A stretch of 53,486 nt of DNA from a virus (lineage: Duplodnaviria; Caudoviricetes). Positions 36,190-44,619 of this stretch are shown piece by piece (positions within the stretch are counted from its first letter, which is position 1; the number at the start of each line of letters is the position of its first letter). The translations under genes were made by a program, and so were the position numbers. The DNA is taken from positions 1 through 53,486 of the IMG/VR virus record IMGVR_UViG_3300025083_000041. The stretch is one strand, 5' to 3'. Below the pieces are notes generated by a model, which was not told where the DNA came from, did not search any database, and was given only the letters and a program-made list of their open reading frames with translations.

Positions 36190-37014
36190 GTGGCTATGAC
36201 TAACATCACTGAAACAATACTCAAAACAATGCGAACTAAGAGATTTGCTCTAGAGGTTCTTCGTCAAGTAGAACAATGCGCAGGATATCATTTCTACTCA
36301 CTATACCATTTAGGTGGCGCAAAGACTGTGCGAGAATGGGGAGAGTTGGCAGAGGACGATCCATCACAACGCACCTCACAGATCACAGTTCGTGTATGTC
36401 ATGATTTTGAATATGCCATTGCAAAAGTTTTAAAAGACAGTTATGGTTATGAGATTGTACCTAAGTCTGGGGCAAATGACATTGAAGGTAACTTTGATGT
36501 TGCCATACAAAAAGGAAAAACAGTAGTCGCTTTCGAAGTTAAGACTACACAATCATCCAATGGTTGGACTGGCTCTACACATAGTGCTGGTTGTGGTAAA
36601 GTCCCATTTTATGTTCTCATACAATATGAACTGGACTTGGACATTGAGTTGGGCACACAGTCTCTTAATGGACTATTCAAATCTTGTCACTTCTCTGTCA
36701 CCTCACCACTTGAAAATGGTGATGCCATCATCCAATGGATGGGACAGGCTAGCGAAACCAATTCACGTACTACTGGTAAGATAAGAAAAGACGATGCAAT
36801 TGAGTATGACTTTATGATCTGCTTAGGCTCGGTAGACACGACACGCTCTAGAAAGTGGGCTAAGACTTTGAAAGAAGAGTTAGTTGAATACCGTACAGGC
36901 ATTGTTAATGGAGAATTAAACCCTAACTACAACTTACAAATTATTGACATAGAACCATCAACACATTCATTGTTTGTTGAGTCGATCTATAGCAGATTGC
37001 TATTGAGTGTATAG
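36190..37014 (+). CDS. PD-(D/E)xK restriction-endonuclease-like protein
   Basis: FE...FDVAI...FEVKTT. Confidence 0.6.
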   Translation: MAMTNITETILKTMRTKRFALEVLRQVEQCAGYHFYSLYHLGGAKTVREWGELAEDDPSQRTSQITVRVCHDFEYAIAKVLKDSYGYEIVPKSGANDIEGNFDVAIQKGKTVVAFEVKTTQSSNGWTGSTHSAGCGKVPFYVLIQYELDLDIELGTQSLNGLFKSCHFSVTSPLENGDAIIQWMGQASETNSRTTGKIRKDDAIEYDFMICLGSVDTTRSRKWAKTLKEELVEYRTGIVNGELNPNYNLQIIDIEPSTHSLFVESIYSRLLLSV

Positions 37015-37025
37015 GGGATAGGTAA

Positions 37026-37310
37026 ATGCCTAGAAATAGCGACATTCAAGTTGGAGATTTGGTTTGCCTAAGCAAGAAAGGGGAGCGATACATATATGGG
37101 AAAACTTTATGTAGCATATATTATCGCCCAATCTTAGAGGGAAACCTAGGATTAGTAACATCTATCAAAGGAAACTCGTATGGAAAAGATAAACATGTCA
37201 GTCCTGTAAGAGTTGTTTGGTTCGTAAGGAACGGAGATAACACAACAAAACGTACAACAGTCGTCATGTCAATGAACGCAAAGTATTTAAAAAGATTGAA
37301 TAAAAGATAA
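37026..37310 (+). CDS. KOW/SH3-like small protein
   Basis: IQVGDLV...GLV...VRVVW. Confidence 0.65.
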   Translation: MPRNSDIQVGDLVCLSKKGERYIYGKTLCSIYYRPILEGNLGLVTSIKGNSYGKDKHVSPVRVVWFVRNGDNTTKRTTVVMSMNAKYLKRLNKR

Positions 37311-37353
37311 GCATCAAACGTATAGATAATACAACATAACAAAGGAGAACTCA

Positions 37354-37623
37354 ATGAGTTACTTAATCAAACAAAAACTAGATGAGATAATGAATATGGT
37401 AGAGGAATCAAGTTATGGCTCGATTGACTCTTATGACTTAGAAAGACTTAAAGAAAAATGTATGGGCGATGATTTGTACAGAGTACAGTTTCATTATACT
37501 ATTGAATGGATTGGCAGAGAGAGTGCTTTCTACGTCAATACACATCACTATGGCTATTGGAGAATGGAAACGAATGGCGAATGGACTCGCACAGACATCG
37601 ACGAAGAGGAGGATGTAGCATAA
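37354..37623 (+). CDS. hypothetical protein
   Basis: Promoter at 37297; AAGGAG RBS. Confidence 0.7.
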   Translation: MSYLIKQKLDEIMNMVEESSYGSIDSYDLERLKEKCMGDDLYRVQFHYTIEWIGRESAFYVNTHHYGYWRMETNGEWTRTDIDEEEDVA

Positions 37624-38045
37624 TGGCTTACTTGAAAAAAGAAGACTTGGTTGTCCTTAAGGGAAAAGTAGGACAGACAACAGCAATCGTAACAGACATA
37701 GAGTTCCGTAGGTTCAAACGAACCTATAGAGATAAAAAGACTGGTGAGATGAAATGGAGATTAAAATCAGTTCCGTATGCTCTCTGCACTGTCATGACTG
37801 GTGGCTTTGGGAAAATTGCCATAGGCTCAAAAATGGTTATAGCAGGATACAAACTACGTAATCATGCCCTAAAAGGAGAGAAATGTTTGGTATTAGAAAA
37901 TCAGTATATTCCCGAATATGAAAGTAGTGGGGAGAAATGGGTTGTCGATATGATCACTAAGAACAAGGAAAAGAAAAATGCCAAGAAGAAAAAAAGTAGT
38001 AAAAGAAAAGAAACTCAAAAATCAGAAAATAAAGATAAGAGTTAA
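37623..38045 (+). CDS. hypothetical basic protein
   Basis: GGAGG RBS; TAATG coupling. Confidence 0.7.
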   Translation: MAYLKKEDLVVLKGKVGQTTAIVTDIEFRRFKRTYRDKKTGEMKWRLKSVPYALCTVMTGGFGKIAIGSKMVIAGYKLRNHALKGEKCLVLENQYIPEYESSGEKWVVDMITKNKEKKNAKKKKSSKRKETQKSENKDKS

Positions 38046-38190
38046 GTCGGCAGTAACAAAACGTCGATCTTGGAAAGTCTTTGAGGTTATATCAATCGAC
38101 GAAGAGGGGTGGATAAAGATTAAAGGAACTACAAAGCCCCATTTTTACATGCACAAAGTCATAAATAAAAATCACATCAAAAAAGTTTGA
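37978..38190 (+). CDS. hypothetical basic protein
   Basis: AAGGA RBS; ends in the promoter at 38188. Confidence 0.6.
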   Translation: MPRRKKVVKEKKLKNQKIKIRVKSAVTKRRSWKVFEVISIDEEGWIKIKGTTKPHFYMHKVINKNHIKKV

Positions 38191-38242
38191 ATAAAATAAG
38201 ATAGTTAGACGTATAGATAGTACACAACAACAAGGAGACTCA

Positions 38243-38476
38243 ATGTCACGCAAGAAAACAAACAACGAGATCAACATTAGTATTAACGTATCAGATGATT
38301 TGCTTAATAAGTTCATGGGGGCTATGATCAAGATGAGTAGTATGTCCTCTATGGGCGGCATGCAGATGATGCTAGGTGGGATGATGGGCGCAGAACAGGC
38401 TGAGCCTGAGGGCGAAGATAAAGAAAAGGCTAGCATAGGCTTTCAATCCAAGCCTGAAGTAGGTGAGAATGGTTAA
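38243..38476 (+). CDS. hypothetical Met/Gly-rich protein
   Basis: AAGGAG RBS. Confidence 0.65.
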   Translation: MSRKKTNNEINISINVSDDLLNKFMGAMIKMSSMSSMGGMQMMLGGMMGAEQAEPEGEDKEKASIGFQSKPEVGENG

Positions 38477-39245
38477 GCACTATGACTTTGAGCAATTAAA
38501 AGACTTTGTATTGGCATATAGACTGTCAAACCCCGACTTTGATTGTATTGGTAGTAAGTTTGCGCAATCTATTTATCGTGCATTGTGCGAAATATATGAT
38601 TTAGTTTCAACAGAACAGGACTTTAAAGAAAAATGGACTAAAAGGCTGAACGAAAACTATCATAGTTGGCTAAGTTTCGATACTGAATTGAATAAATTGG
38701 TATATGATACTGGACTTCGTGACGAAGAATGGAGCAATGCTTTAATAGACGATACTTTCTTGCTCTTCGATCTAAAGCAGACTAAGCATTTCCTAGAGAC
38801 AAAAGCAACAAAAGAGTTCCAAGATACCTACGATGTAATTCAGACGTATTATAGCCTACAAGGATACTTTACAGGCATATTCAAAAGAGGGATAGAGGGC
38901 ATATCTTATGCAGAATGGGAGAGGGTGTCTACTAACAAATATGCTGTAAAGGTATTGAAAGCATACAAGGATCAACCTAAGTTTAAAGTTGGGGAACTGG
39001 TATCATTGAGGACGAATAGAGAGTGCACTAAAACTAAAAATGCACCCAACGCAAAGTTTAATTCTTGGAATATAAATTGTAATATATCCAAAGTCTTAAT
39101 CTTGTCAAACACTGAGCCTATTATTAATGCTAGGAAAGGAGCAAAACGGTATAAAGTCGCTCCTATCGGAGGAAACGGACAGCCTTTTTGGATTGAAGAA
39201 GCGTTTATGAAGAAACACAGAAAAAAAGTGAATAAAAAGATATAG
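38463..39245 (+). CDS. hypothetical protein with C-terminal KOW/SH3-like module
   Basis: PKFKVGELVSLR...YKV.P...WIEE. Confidence 0.65.
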   Translation: MRMVKHYDFEQLKDFVLAYRLSNPDFDCIGSKFAQSIYRALCEIYDLVSTEQDFKEKWTKRLNENYHSWLSFDTELNKLVYDTGLRDEEWSNALIDDTFLLFDLKQTKHFLETKATKEFQDTYDVIQTYYSLQGYFTGIFKRGIEGISYAEWERVSTNKYAVKVLKAYKDQPKFKVGELVSLRTNRECTKTKNAPNAKFNSWNINCNISKVLILSNTEPIINARKGAKRYKVAPIGGNGQPFWIEEAFMKKHRKKVNKKI

Positions 39246-39285
39246 CCAATCGTATAAATTACGTAACAAACAACGGAGCAAAACA

Positions 39286-40023
39286 ATGAGTGGAAACGCA
39301 TTTAAAGACTTTAACCCACACCCAGTCACATATGACGACTGGATTGTTCTAAAGAACATCGTGAAAGATTTCTTTCCGAACATCGCTGAAATTGGCTCAG
39401 CACAACTGTTCCATGATGGGGTAGGAATGTATGACAGGACTCTAGGAGATTTGGACTTTGCAGTAGAACTACCGAAGGCTGAGATCCTCAAGATTGCCAA
39501 AGCACATCCCGACACATTCCAAGCAGTCAAAGTATTTGGCAACACTGTATCAACACTAGTGTATAACCCTGAAGAACAATATGTTCAGCACGTAGACTTT
39601 ATGACAAGTACAGACACAGTCAATGAGACTTGGGTAATGACTGGTGGCTCAGATAAGTTTAAAGGTGTGGTGCGTAATATGATGCTTTGTTACCTAGCAA
39701 GAGTTCAGAATGAAAAGGAAAGTACCGAAGATCGAACAGTAAAGCACACTGTAGCCTTTCCAAGTGGAATAGCCACAAGAGTCAATGGAGAATATGTAAC
39801 ACAACGAGATAGCAACCCAAGTGTCATATTGCAGACTCTAGGGCTGAAAGACGACTGTGAAAGCGTTGAAATGGCTAGAACATATGAGGGGCTACTAAGT
39901 ATCTTAGACGATGTTCAGAGCCATTATGATGGGTTCAAGACATACTGCGAAGAGTCGTACTTTTATCGTAAGAGTCCTGTATTGTTGGACAGAGCATTAG
40001 ATTATTTAAAGAACTTTGAATAA
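39286..40023 (+). CDS. nucleotidyltransferase (Pol beta superfamily)-like protein
   Basis: IGSA...GDLDFAV...HVDFM. Confidence 0.7.
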   Translation: MSGNAFKDFNPHPVTYDDWIVLKNIVKDFFPNIAEIGSAQLFHDGVGMYDRTLGDLDFAVELPKAEILKIAKAHPDTFQAVKVFGNTVSTLVYNPEEQYVQHVDFMTSTDTVNETWVMTGGSDKFKGVVRNMMLCYLARVQNEKESTEDRTVKHTVAFPSGIATRVNGEYVTQRDSNPSVILQTLGLKDDCESVEMARTYEGLLSILDDVQSHYDGFKTYCEESYFYRKSPVLLDRALDYLKNFE

Positions 40024-40074
40024 ACTTTGAACGTCATTCGTATAGATAATACAACACACAACATTGGAGACACA

Positions 40075-40233
40075 ATGAAAGTAGGTGATTTAGTTAGAGT
40101 GCGATCAAGTGGGGTATCTGGTGTTATTCGTAAAATACTACCCTATAAGTTCGCAGAGGTTCTCATATTTGACGATGGTAAGCGAAAACAATACCACATC
40201 GGACACTTGGGGGTGATAGGTGAAAGTAGGTGA
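40075..40233 (+). CDS. MKVGDLV mini-protein 1 (KOW/SH3-like)
   Basis: GGAG RBS; ends LGVIGESR. Confidence 0.75.
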   Translation: MKVGDLVRVRSSGVSGVIRKILPYKFAEVLIFDDGKRKQYHIGHLGVIGESR

Positions 40234-40441
40234 TTTAGTTACATTAACCAAAACAGGTGAACATAACTTAGATGATATAGAACTGTCAGAAGGTGACAAG
40301 GCTATTCTTCTTAGCATATACGAGGGTGATGAGTCAAGTAACCGTACCAATCATGGAGACTTGTTTTACAAGATCGTTATGTGCAAAAGCAATAGAATAA
40401 TCGAACACTTGTGGAGTTTTGAAATAAAAAAGTTTGAATAA
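40220..40441 (+). CDS. MKVGDLV mini-protein 2
   Basis: GTG start with 14-nt overlap. Confidence 0.75.
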   Translation: MKVGDLVTLTKTGEHNLDDIELSEGDKAILLSIYEGDESSNRTNHGDLFYKIVMCKSNRIIEHLWSFEIKKFE

Positions 40442-40492
40442 AACTTTAATCACAATCGTATAGACTATACAACAGCAAACAATGGACATATA

Positions 40493-40672
40493 ATGAAAGT
40501 AGGCGATTTAGTAAGAATAAGGAAAGGAGCGTTTCTGAAGTCTGACTTTGATGATAAGTTGGCGATTGTCGTCTATAAAGGAACGTGGAGCGTGGACATT
40601 CGAGTAGTCCAAAACGGTTGGCACACTCGTATTGATAAAAAACATTTGGAGGTAATCAGTGAAAGTAGGTGA
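40493..40672 (+). CDS. MKVGDLV mini-protein 3 (59 aa, not in ORF track)
   Basis: MKVGDLVRIRKG...HLEVISESR. Confidence 0.75.
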   Translation: MKVGDLVRIRKGAFLKSDFDDKLAIVVYKGTWSVDIRVVQNGWHTRIDKKHLEVISESR

Positions 40673-40835
40673 TTTAGTAAGACACGATCAAGGATTTATT
40701 GGGGTTATTATTTGTATAGATCCCGAAACCATTGGCGACATTGTATACACTGCCAACGTTAAAGTTGCTTGGAATGATGGCGATGTTTGCCATATGTCAG
40801 TTCATGACTTGGAAGTGATAAGTGAAAGTAGGTGA
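40659..40835 (+). CDS. MKVGDLV mini-protein 4 (58 aa, not in ORF track)
   Basis: MKVGDLVRHDQG...DLEVISESR. Confidence 0.75.
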   Translation: MKVGDLVRHDQGFIGVIICIDPETIGDIVYTANVKVAWNDGDVCHMSVHDLEVISESR

Positions 40836-41016
40836 TTTAGTAATTCGTGTCCACAGAAGTATAACCCTCCCGCATAAGAAAGGGATAATATTATCCATTC
40901 GTCAAGTTGGAGGACAGACATATTACAAGATCGCTTGGTTCTTCACAGATATAGTATCTAACAGATGGACTGATAGGGAGTTTTGCCCATACAGGTTTTT
41001 TTTGAATAAACTTTAA
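40822..41016 (+). CDS. MKVGDLV mini-protein 5
   Basis: GTG start with 14-nt overlap. Confidence 0.75.
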   Translation: MKVGDLVIRVHRSITLPHKKGIILSIRQVGGQTYYKIAWFFTDIVSNRWTDREFCPYRFFLNKL

Positions 41017-41053
41017 ACCACAAACGTATAGAATATACACACAAGGAGAAACA

Positions 41054-41236
41054 ATGATCTATATCAGAGACTCAAAAACAAAGAAAAAGTATGCCCTCAA
41101 AGGCTTTACGGAACAAGATTATAACAATGGCAATCGTGAAGCAGAGTTGTTTGGTAAGATATATGACTTACTGATCAAGCATGACATTCAAGATGGCGAA
41201 ATTATTAACAAAAAAGGTGACAGGATAGACTTATGA
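41054..41236 (+). CDS. hypothetical protein
   Basis: Promoter at 41003 and RBS. Confidence 0.7.
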   Translation: MIYIRDSKTKKKYALKGFTEQDYNNGNREAELFGKIYDLLIKHDIQDGEIINKKGDRIDL

Positions 41237-41520
41237 AAACGTATGATCCAAGTAAGCACTATCGTTCTAGTATGAACTTTACAACATGCTACACTCCTCT
41301 GCCTAGAGGAAAGGGAATTGTAATGTCAGTTGGAACTTACGGATTAGAGGGTGTATTCCAAAAACCCGATGGTGATGGTAAAGTCTTCACTAGTGTTGAC
41401 GATGCTAGACAATATGCACTTAACAAAGGCTATTTAGTAGAGTATGATCCTAGAGAAGACTTAAATAAAGCGATAGAACATCAAAATAAATTGAATAAAC
41501 AATCAAGTTCATCCGTATAG
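41233..41520 (+). CDS. hypothetical protein
   Basis: ATGA coupling. Confidence 0.7.
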   Translation: MKTYDPSKHYRSSMNFTTCYTPLPRGKGIVMSVGTYGLEGVFQKPDGDGKVFTSVDDARQYALNKGYLVEYDPREDLNKAIEHQNKLNKQSSSSV

Positions 41521-41550
41521 AATATACAACAAACAAAACAGGGAGAGATA

Positions 41551-41742
41551 ATGGTTACAATTAGTTGCTATTACGAAAATATAATGAACGCACAGAACAG
41601 GCTAATAGAGATTATGGAAAATGATGAGACTGATAGGACAGACTTAGAGTGGGAACAATGGGTGGGCGATACTATCCGTATGCTCTCAGAAGAGTTTGGT
41701 GTTTCTGTCATTGAACTTGACGAGTTTTACCAGTTTATGTAA
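41551..41742 (+). CDS. hypothetical protein
   Basis: Promoter at 41492 and RBS. Confidence 0.65.
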   Translation: MVTISCYYENIMNAQNRLIEIMENDETDRTDLEWEQWVGDTIRMLSEEFGVSVIELDEFYQFM

Positions 41743-41748
41743 GGAGAT

Positions 41749-42006
41749 GTGATGAAAGTAGGTGATCTAGTGGAGATGTCTCATTACGGATGGAAACGTT
41801 CGCGTTATGAACATCGACACGCTAAATACGGAATTGTCGTAGACATTATGGGTGATCAAGTATTAATGATGAGTGGCAGATATAAAGATGTTATTTCTTA
41901 TCGTGTTAGATGGTTCGATAGTCAGGGCAATCCACTGGTAGCACTCACTGGTTTTGAAAGAAAATCTTTAAAGTTTTTGAATAAAAAGAAGAGATCAAGC
42001 GTATAA
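41749..42006 (+). CDS. MKVGDLV family protein
   Basis: MKVGDLVEM...GIVV...YRVRWF. Confidence 0.75.
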   Translation: MMKVGDLVEMSHYGWKRSRYEHRHAKYGIVVDIMGDQVLMMSGRYKDVISYRVRWFDSQGNPLVALTGFERKSLKFLNKKKRSSV

Positions 42007-42042
42007 TATATACAACACAACAACCAAACCAAGAGGTTTCAC

Positions 42043-42291
42043 ATGAAGAAAGCATATCTTATCACAGTTAACTACATCGAAGATAATCATTGGGAATTTT
42101 ACCTTACTAGCACTATGGAAGATGCGATTAAACTGGCACACGACTATCTAAAAGGATACTATCAGTCGCTCATGGACAACTGTGGTTGGGAGCAAGATCA
42201 GCCTGTAACTGGCTTTGAACCTCTGCAACGGTATCTAGGAGATGAGTGTGGTTACTTAGATGTTCAGATAATCGAAAAAAACTTTGAATAA
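42043..42291 (+). CDS. hypothetical protein
   Basis: Promoter at 41978. Confidence 0.7.
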   Translation: MKKAYLITVNYIEDNHWEFYLTSTMEDAIKLAHDYLKGYYQSLMDNCGWEQDQPVTGFEPLQRYLGDECGYLDVQIIEKNFE

Positions 42292-42347
42292 AGTTTAGAC
42301 TACAATCGTATAATATATACAGCAAACAAGTACAAAGGAAAGAGACA

Positions 42348-42575
42348 ATGAAAGTATGGGTAGTACAGATAAGAGAGAGTGGAGAAGAAGATCAAGTATA
42401 TCTTTTCGACACACAAGAGAAAGCAGAGCAGTCAGCATTTCGCCAACTTTGGGATTATGCCGAATGGAGAGTGGAGAACGCTGATGATCTTCCCGACACT
42501 TTACACGAACTAGGATGTTTGGTTGAGGATAACGATTGGGGATACTATAACATTTACACATGTGAGGTGAAATAA
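42348..42575 (+). CDS. hypothetical protein
   Basis: Promoter at 42285; loosely resembles 42043 (xxxLFxTxExA). Confidence 0.7.
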   Translation: MKVWVVQIRESGEEDQVYLFDTQEKAEQSAFRQLWDYAEWRVENADDLPDTLHELGCLVEDNDWGYYNIYTCEVK

Positions 42576-43111
42576 TGGGCAGATTAGCATTTATAGACAC
42601 AGAGACAACAGGACTTGATCCCATAAACAACGAGATTATCGAGATTGCTATTAAGATTATAGACACAGAAAAGGTGGGAGACACAGACTGGCTAGAGTAT
42701 CAGTTCGAGGGCAAGTTCAAGATCCGTAGGATGGACTTGGCAAGCCCAAAAGCACTAGAGATCAACGGATACAATGAAGAGGAATGGAAAGACTCATACA
42801 GTTGGAGCAAGCCTGCTTGTGAGCGATTACTTGAACGATTGAAAGGATGTGTAGTGGTTGGGCACAATGTACAGTTTGACATTGGCTTTATTCGCGAAGA
42901 ATGTCGTAGACAAGGTGTTTGGTGTCCTAGGTTTCCAAACTTGGACACACAAGGTATGGCTAGGTTTCTTTGGGCTGACTTTAAGTCGGTATCTATGGAC
43001 AACATACGAAAAGAACTACCACAGTGGTTCGACACAGAGGGATCACACAGGGCAATGAAAGATGTAAATGATTGTGTGACGATATGGAACTTGTTTAGAG
43101 AAGGTTGTTAA
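42575..43111 (+). CDS. DEDDh 3'-5' exonuclease (DnaQ/epsilon-like)
   Basis: FIDTETTGL; GHNVQFD; LDT; HRAMKD. Confidence 0.9.
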   Translation: MGRLAFIDTETTGLDPINNEIIEIAIKIIDTEKVGDTDWLEYQFEGKFKIRRMDLASPKALEINGYNEEEWKDSYSWSKPACERLLERLKGCVVVGHNVQFDIGFIREECRRQGVWCPRFPNLDTQGMARFLWADFKSVSMDNIRKELPQWFDTEGSHRAMKDVNDCVTIWNLFREGC

Positions 43112-43165
43112 AAAACAAAGGTGTGATACAGAATAGTATCGGGAATGGGTGGGCATAAAAAACTT

Positions 43166-43561
43166 TGAATAAAACAATCAACTGAAACGTATAGATAGTA
43201 AGCAAGGGAGAAACAATGAAAATGGCGACAGGGTATCGGTTTTTTGACGTGGGTGATTTGGTAAGAGTTAAAAGTCAATCAGATAACTCATCATACAACT
43301 GGCAGTTTCAAGTATTTAATTCAGCGAACAATGATCAGTTAGCAATAACTGATTGGGGTGGTAGTTATGTCAGTGCGAAAGAGTTAAGAACTATGACAGG
43401 CATAGTCATTGGTGAGGTGTATTCCAATGGCAAACTAACGGGCACTTACCGTTTCGCTTTCGGGAATCATATCATTAAGGCATATCAAGATTATTTTTTA
43501 AAAGTTGAATAAAACAATCAACTGAAACGTATAGATAGTAACCAAGGGAGAAACAATGAAA
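43166..43561 (+). repeat. near-identical ~55-bp promoter+RBS+start cassette (43166, 43506; partial at 43758)
   Basis: TGAATAAAACAATCAACTGAAACGTATAGATAGTAA(G/C)CAAGGGAGAAACAATGAAAA. Confidence 0.85.
43216..43512 (+). CDS. KOW/SH3-like protein, paralog of 44285
   Basis: DVGDLVRVK...IIKAYQDYF. Confidence 0.7.
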   Translation: MKMATGYRFFDVGDLVRVKSQSDNSSYNWQFQVFNSANNDQLAITDWGGSYVSAKELRTMTGIVIGEVYSNGKLTGTYRFAFGNHIIKAYQDYFLKVE

Positions 43562-43786
43562 AAAGGTGACTTAGTTATATACAAAGATAATGCTTTATGG
43601 TACAACACACCACAAGGCTCTACCATTGGGTATGGTATCGTGTTAAAGAATCTTAAAACTGGAGGACTATTAGAAATCTATTGGATGGATAAAGATCCCT
43701 ATCACTCTTCCCATATCTTCGAAGATCCAACAAAAATGAAAATATATTCAAAAAAACTGAATAAAATAAATCATTCAATCGTATAG
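43556..43786 (+). CDS. KOW/SH3-like protein
   Basis: MKKGDLVIYK...GIVL...EIYW. Confidence 0.7.
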   Translation: MKKGDLVIYKDNALWYNTPQGSTIGYGIVLKNLKTGGLLEIYWMDKDPYHSSHIFEDPTKMKIYSKKLNKINHSIV

Positions 43787-43807
43787 ATAGTAACCAAGGG
43801 AGAAACA

Positions 43808-43897
43808 ATGACTGTACTTAAGATGTTAGGCATGTGCCTTATCTGCATGGCTTTCGCCATACCAATCATACTTAAACATGAAAATCAGGAAAATTAG
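43808..43897 (+). CDS. TM micro-protein (29 aa)
   Basis: Promoter at 43758 and AGGGAG RBS. Confidence 0.6.
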   Translation: MTVLKMLGMCLICMAFAIPIILKHENQEN

Positions 43898-43899
43898 TC

Positions 43900-44046
43900 A
43901 TGACATATGATCAAGAAGAGAACATTATGGGATGGTGTCTTGTAGTATGGGCTATCATATTTGTAATAGCAACATTCAACGCATCACATTTAAATCATAT
44001 CAAAACATCAAAGAGTATTCCATGTACTCATGAGAGTAGACAATGA
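43900..44046 (+). CDS. TM micro-protein (48 aa)
   Basis: Hydrophobic segment; ATGA overlap with next gene. Confidence 0.55.
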   Translation: MTYDQEENIMGWCLVVWAIIFVIATFNASHLNHIKTSKSIPCTHESRQ

Positions 44047-44285
44047 ACCAAACTTATATATTCGAACCAAACAATGGGACTAGATATACTATTACAGTAG
44101 TACCATCTCCATCAAAGCCAGATTATCACATGTTTATGTTAGACTACTGGCAAACATTTATGTACGTACAAAATGGTAATGTGCCCCACTGGACTTATAT
44201 CCAAGACAAGTTGGGCTTGACAGAGGGCGATGCTAAGCCATTGGTAACCTTTTTCAAAGAGTTTTGGGATGGAGGAACAGAATAA
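44043..44285 (+). CDS. hypothetical protein
   Basis: Coupled ORF. Confidence 0.7.
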   Translation: MNQTYIFEPNNGTRYTITVVPSPSKPDYHMFMLDYWQTFMYVQNGNVPHWTYIQDKLGLTEGDAKPLVTFFKEFWDGGTE

Positions 44286-44581
44286 TGGACAACAAGAAGG
44301 TAAATATAGGTGACTTGGTGACACTAAAGATAAAGCGTCACACTTCATTGACAGGGCAAAAGTCACATGATACTTTTCAATTAGTAACAGGATCACACTC
44401 ACCACTTCCTCAGTATGTCGAGAGCGAAAGGCTTGCGGGAAAGGTAGGGATAGTGCTCTCAGAGAACGCAAGCGATGGATACTCAGATGTCTATCACGTT
44501 GCTTTTAACGACATAATTATTGAAGCCTATCGAGACTACTTTCAAAAGTTTGAAAAAAGTTTGAATAAAACAAATAACTGA
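44285..44581 (+). CDS. KOW/SH3-like protein, paralog of 43216
   Basis: NIGDLVTLK...IIEAYRDYF. Confidence 0.7.
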   Translation: MDNKKVNIGDLVTLKIKRHTSLTGQKSHDTFQLVTGSHSPLPQYVESERLAGKVGIVLSENASDGYSDVYHVAFNDIIIEAYRDYFQKFEKSLNKTNN

Positions 44582-44619
44582 AACGTATCAATAATGTAAC
44601 CCAAACATTGGAGGACACA

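Larger units (their letters stand above)
40075..40841 (+). repeat. direct repeat RTGAAAGTAGGYGATTTAGT x5
   Basis: Copies at 40075, 40220, 40493, 40659 and 40822; a near-copy at 41752. Confidence 0.85.

Noticed and set aside
40075-40841. CRISPR array
   Set aside because: Intervals are 145-273 nt and are open reading frames; the repeat is coding and non-palindromic; no cas genes are present.
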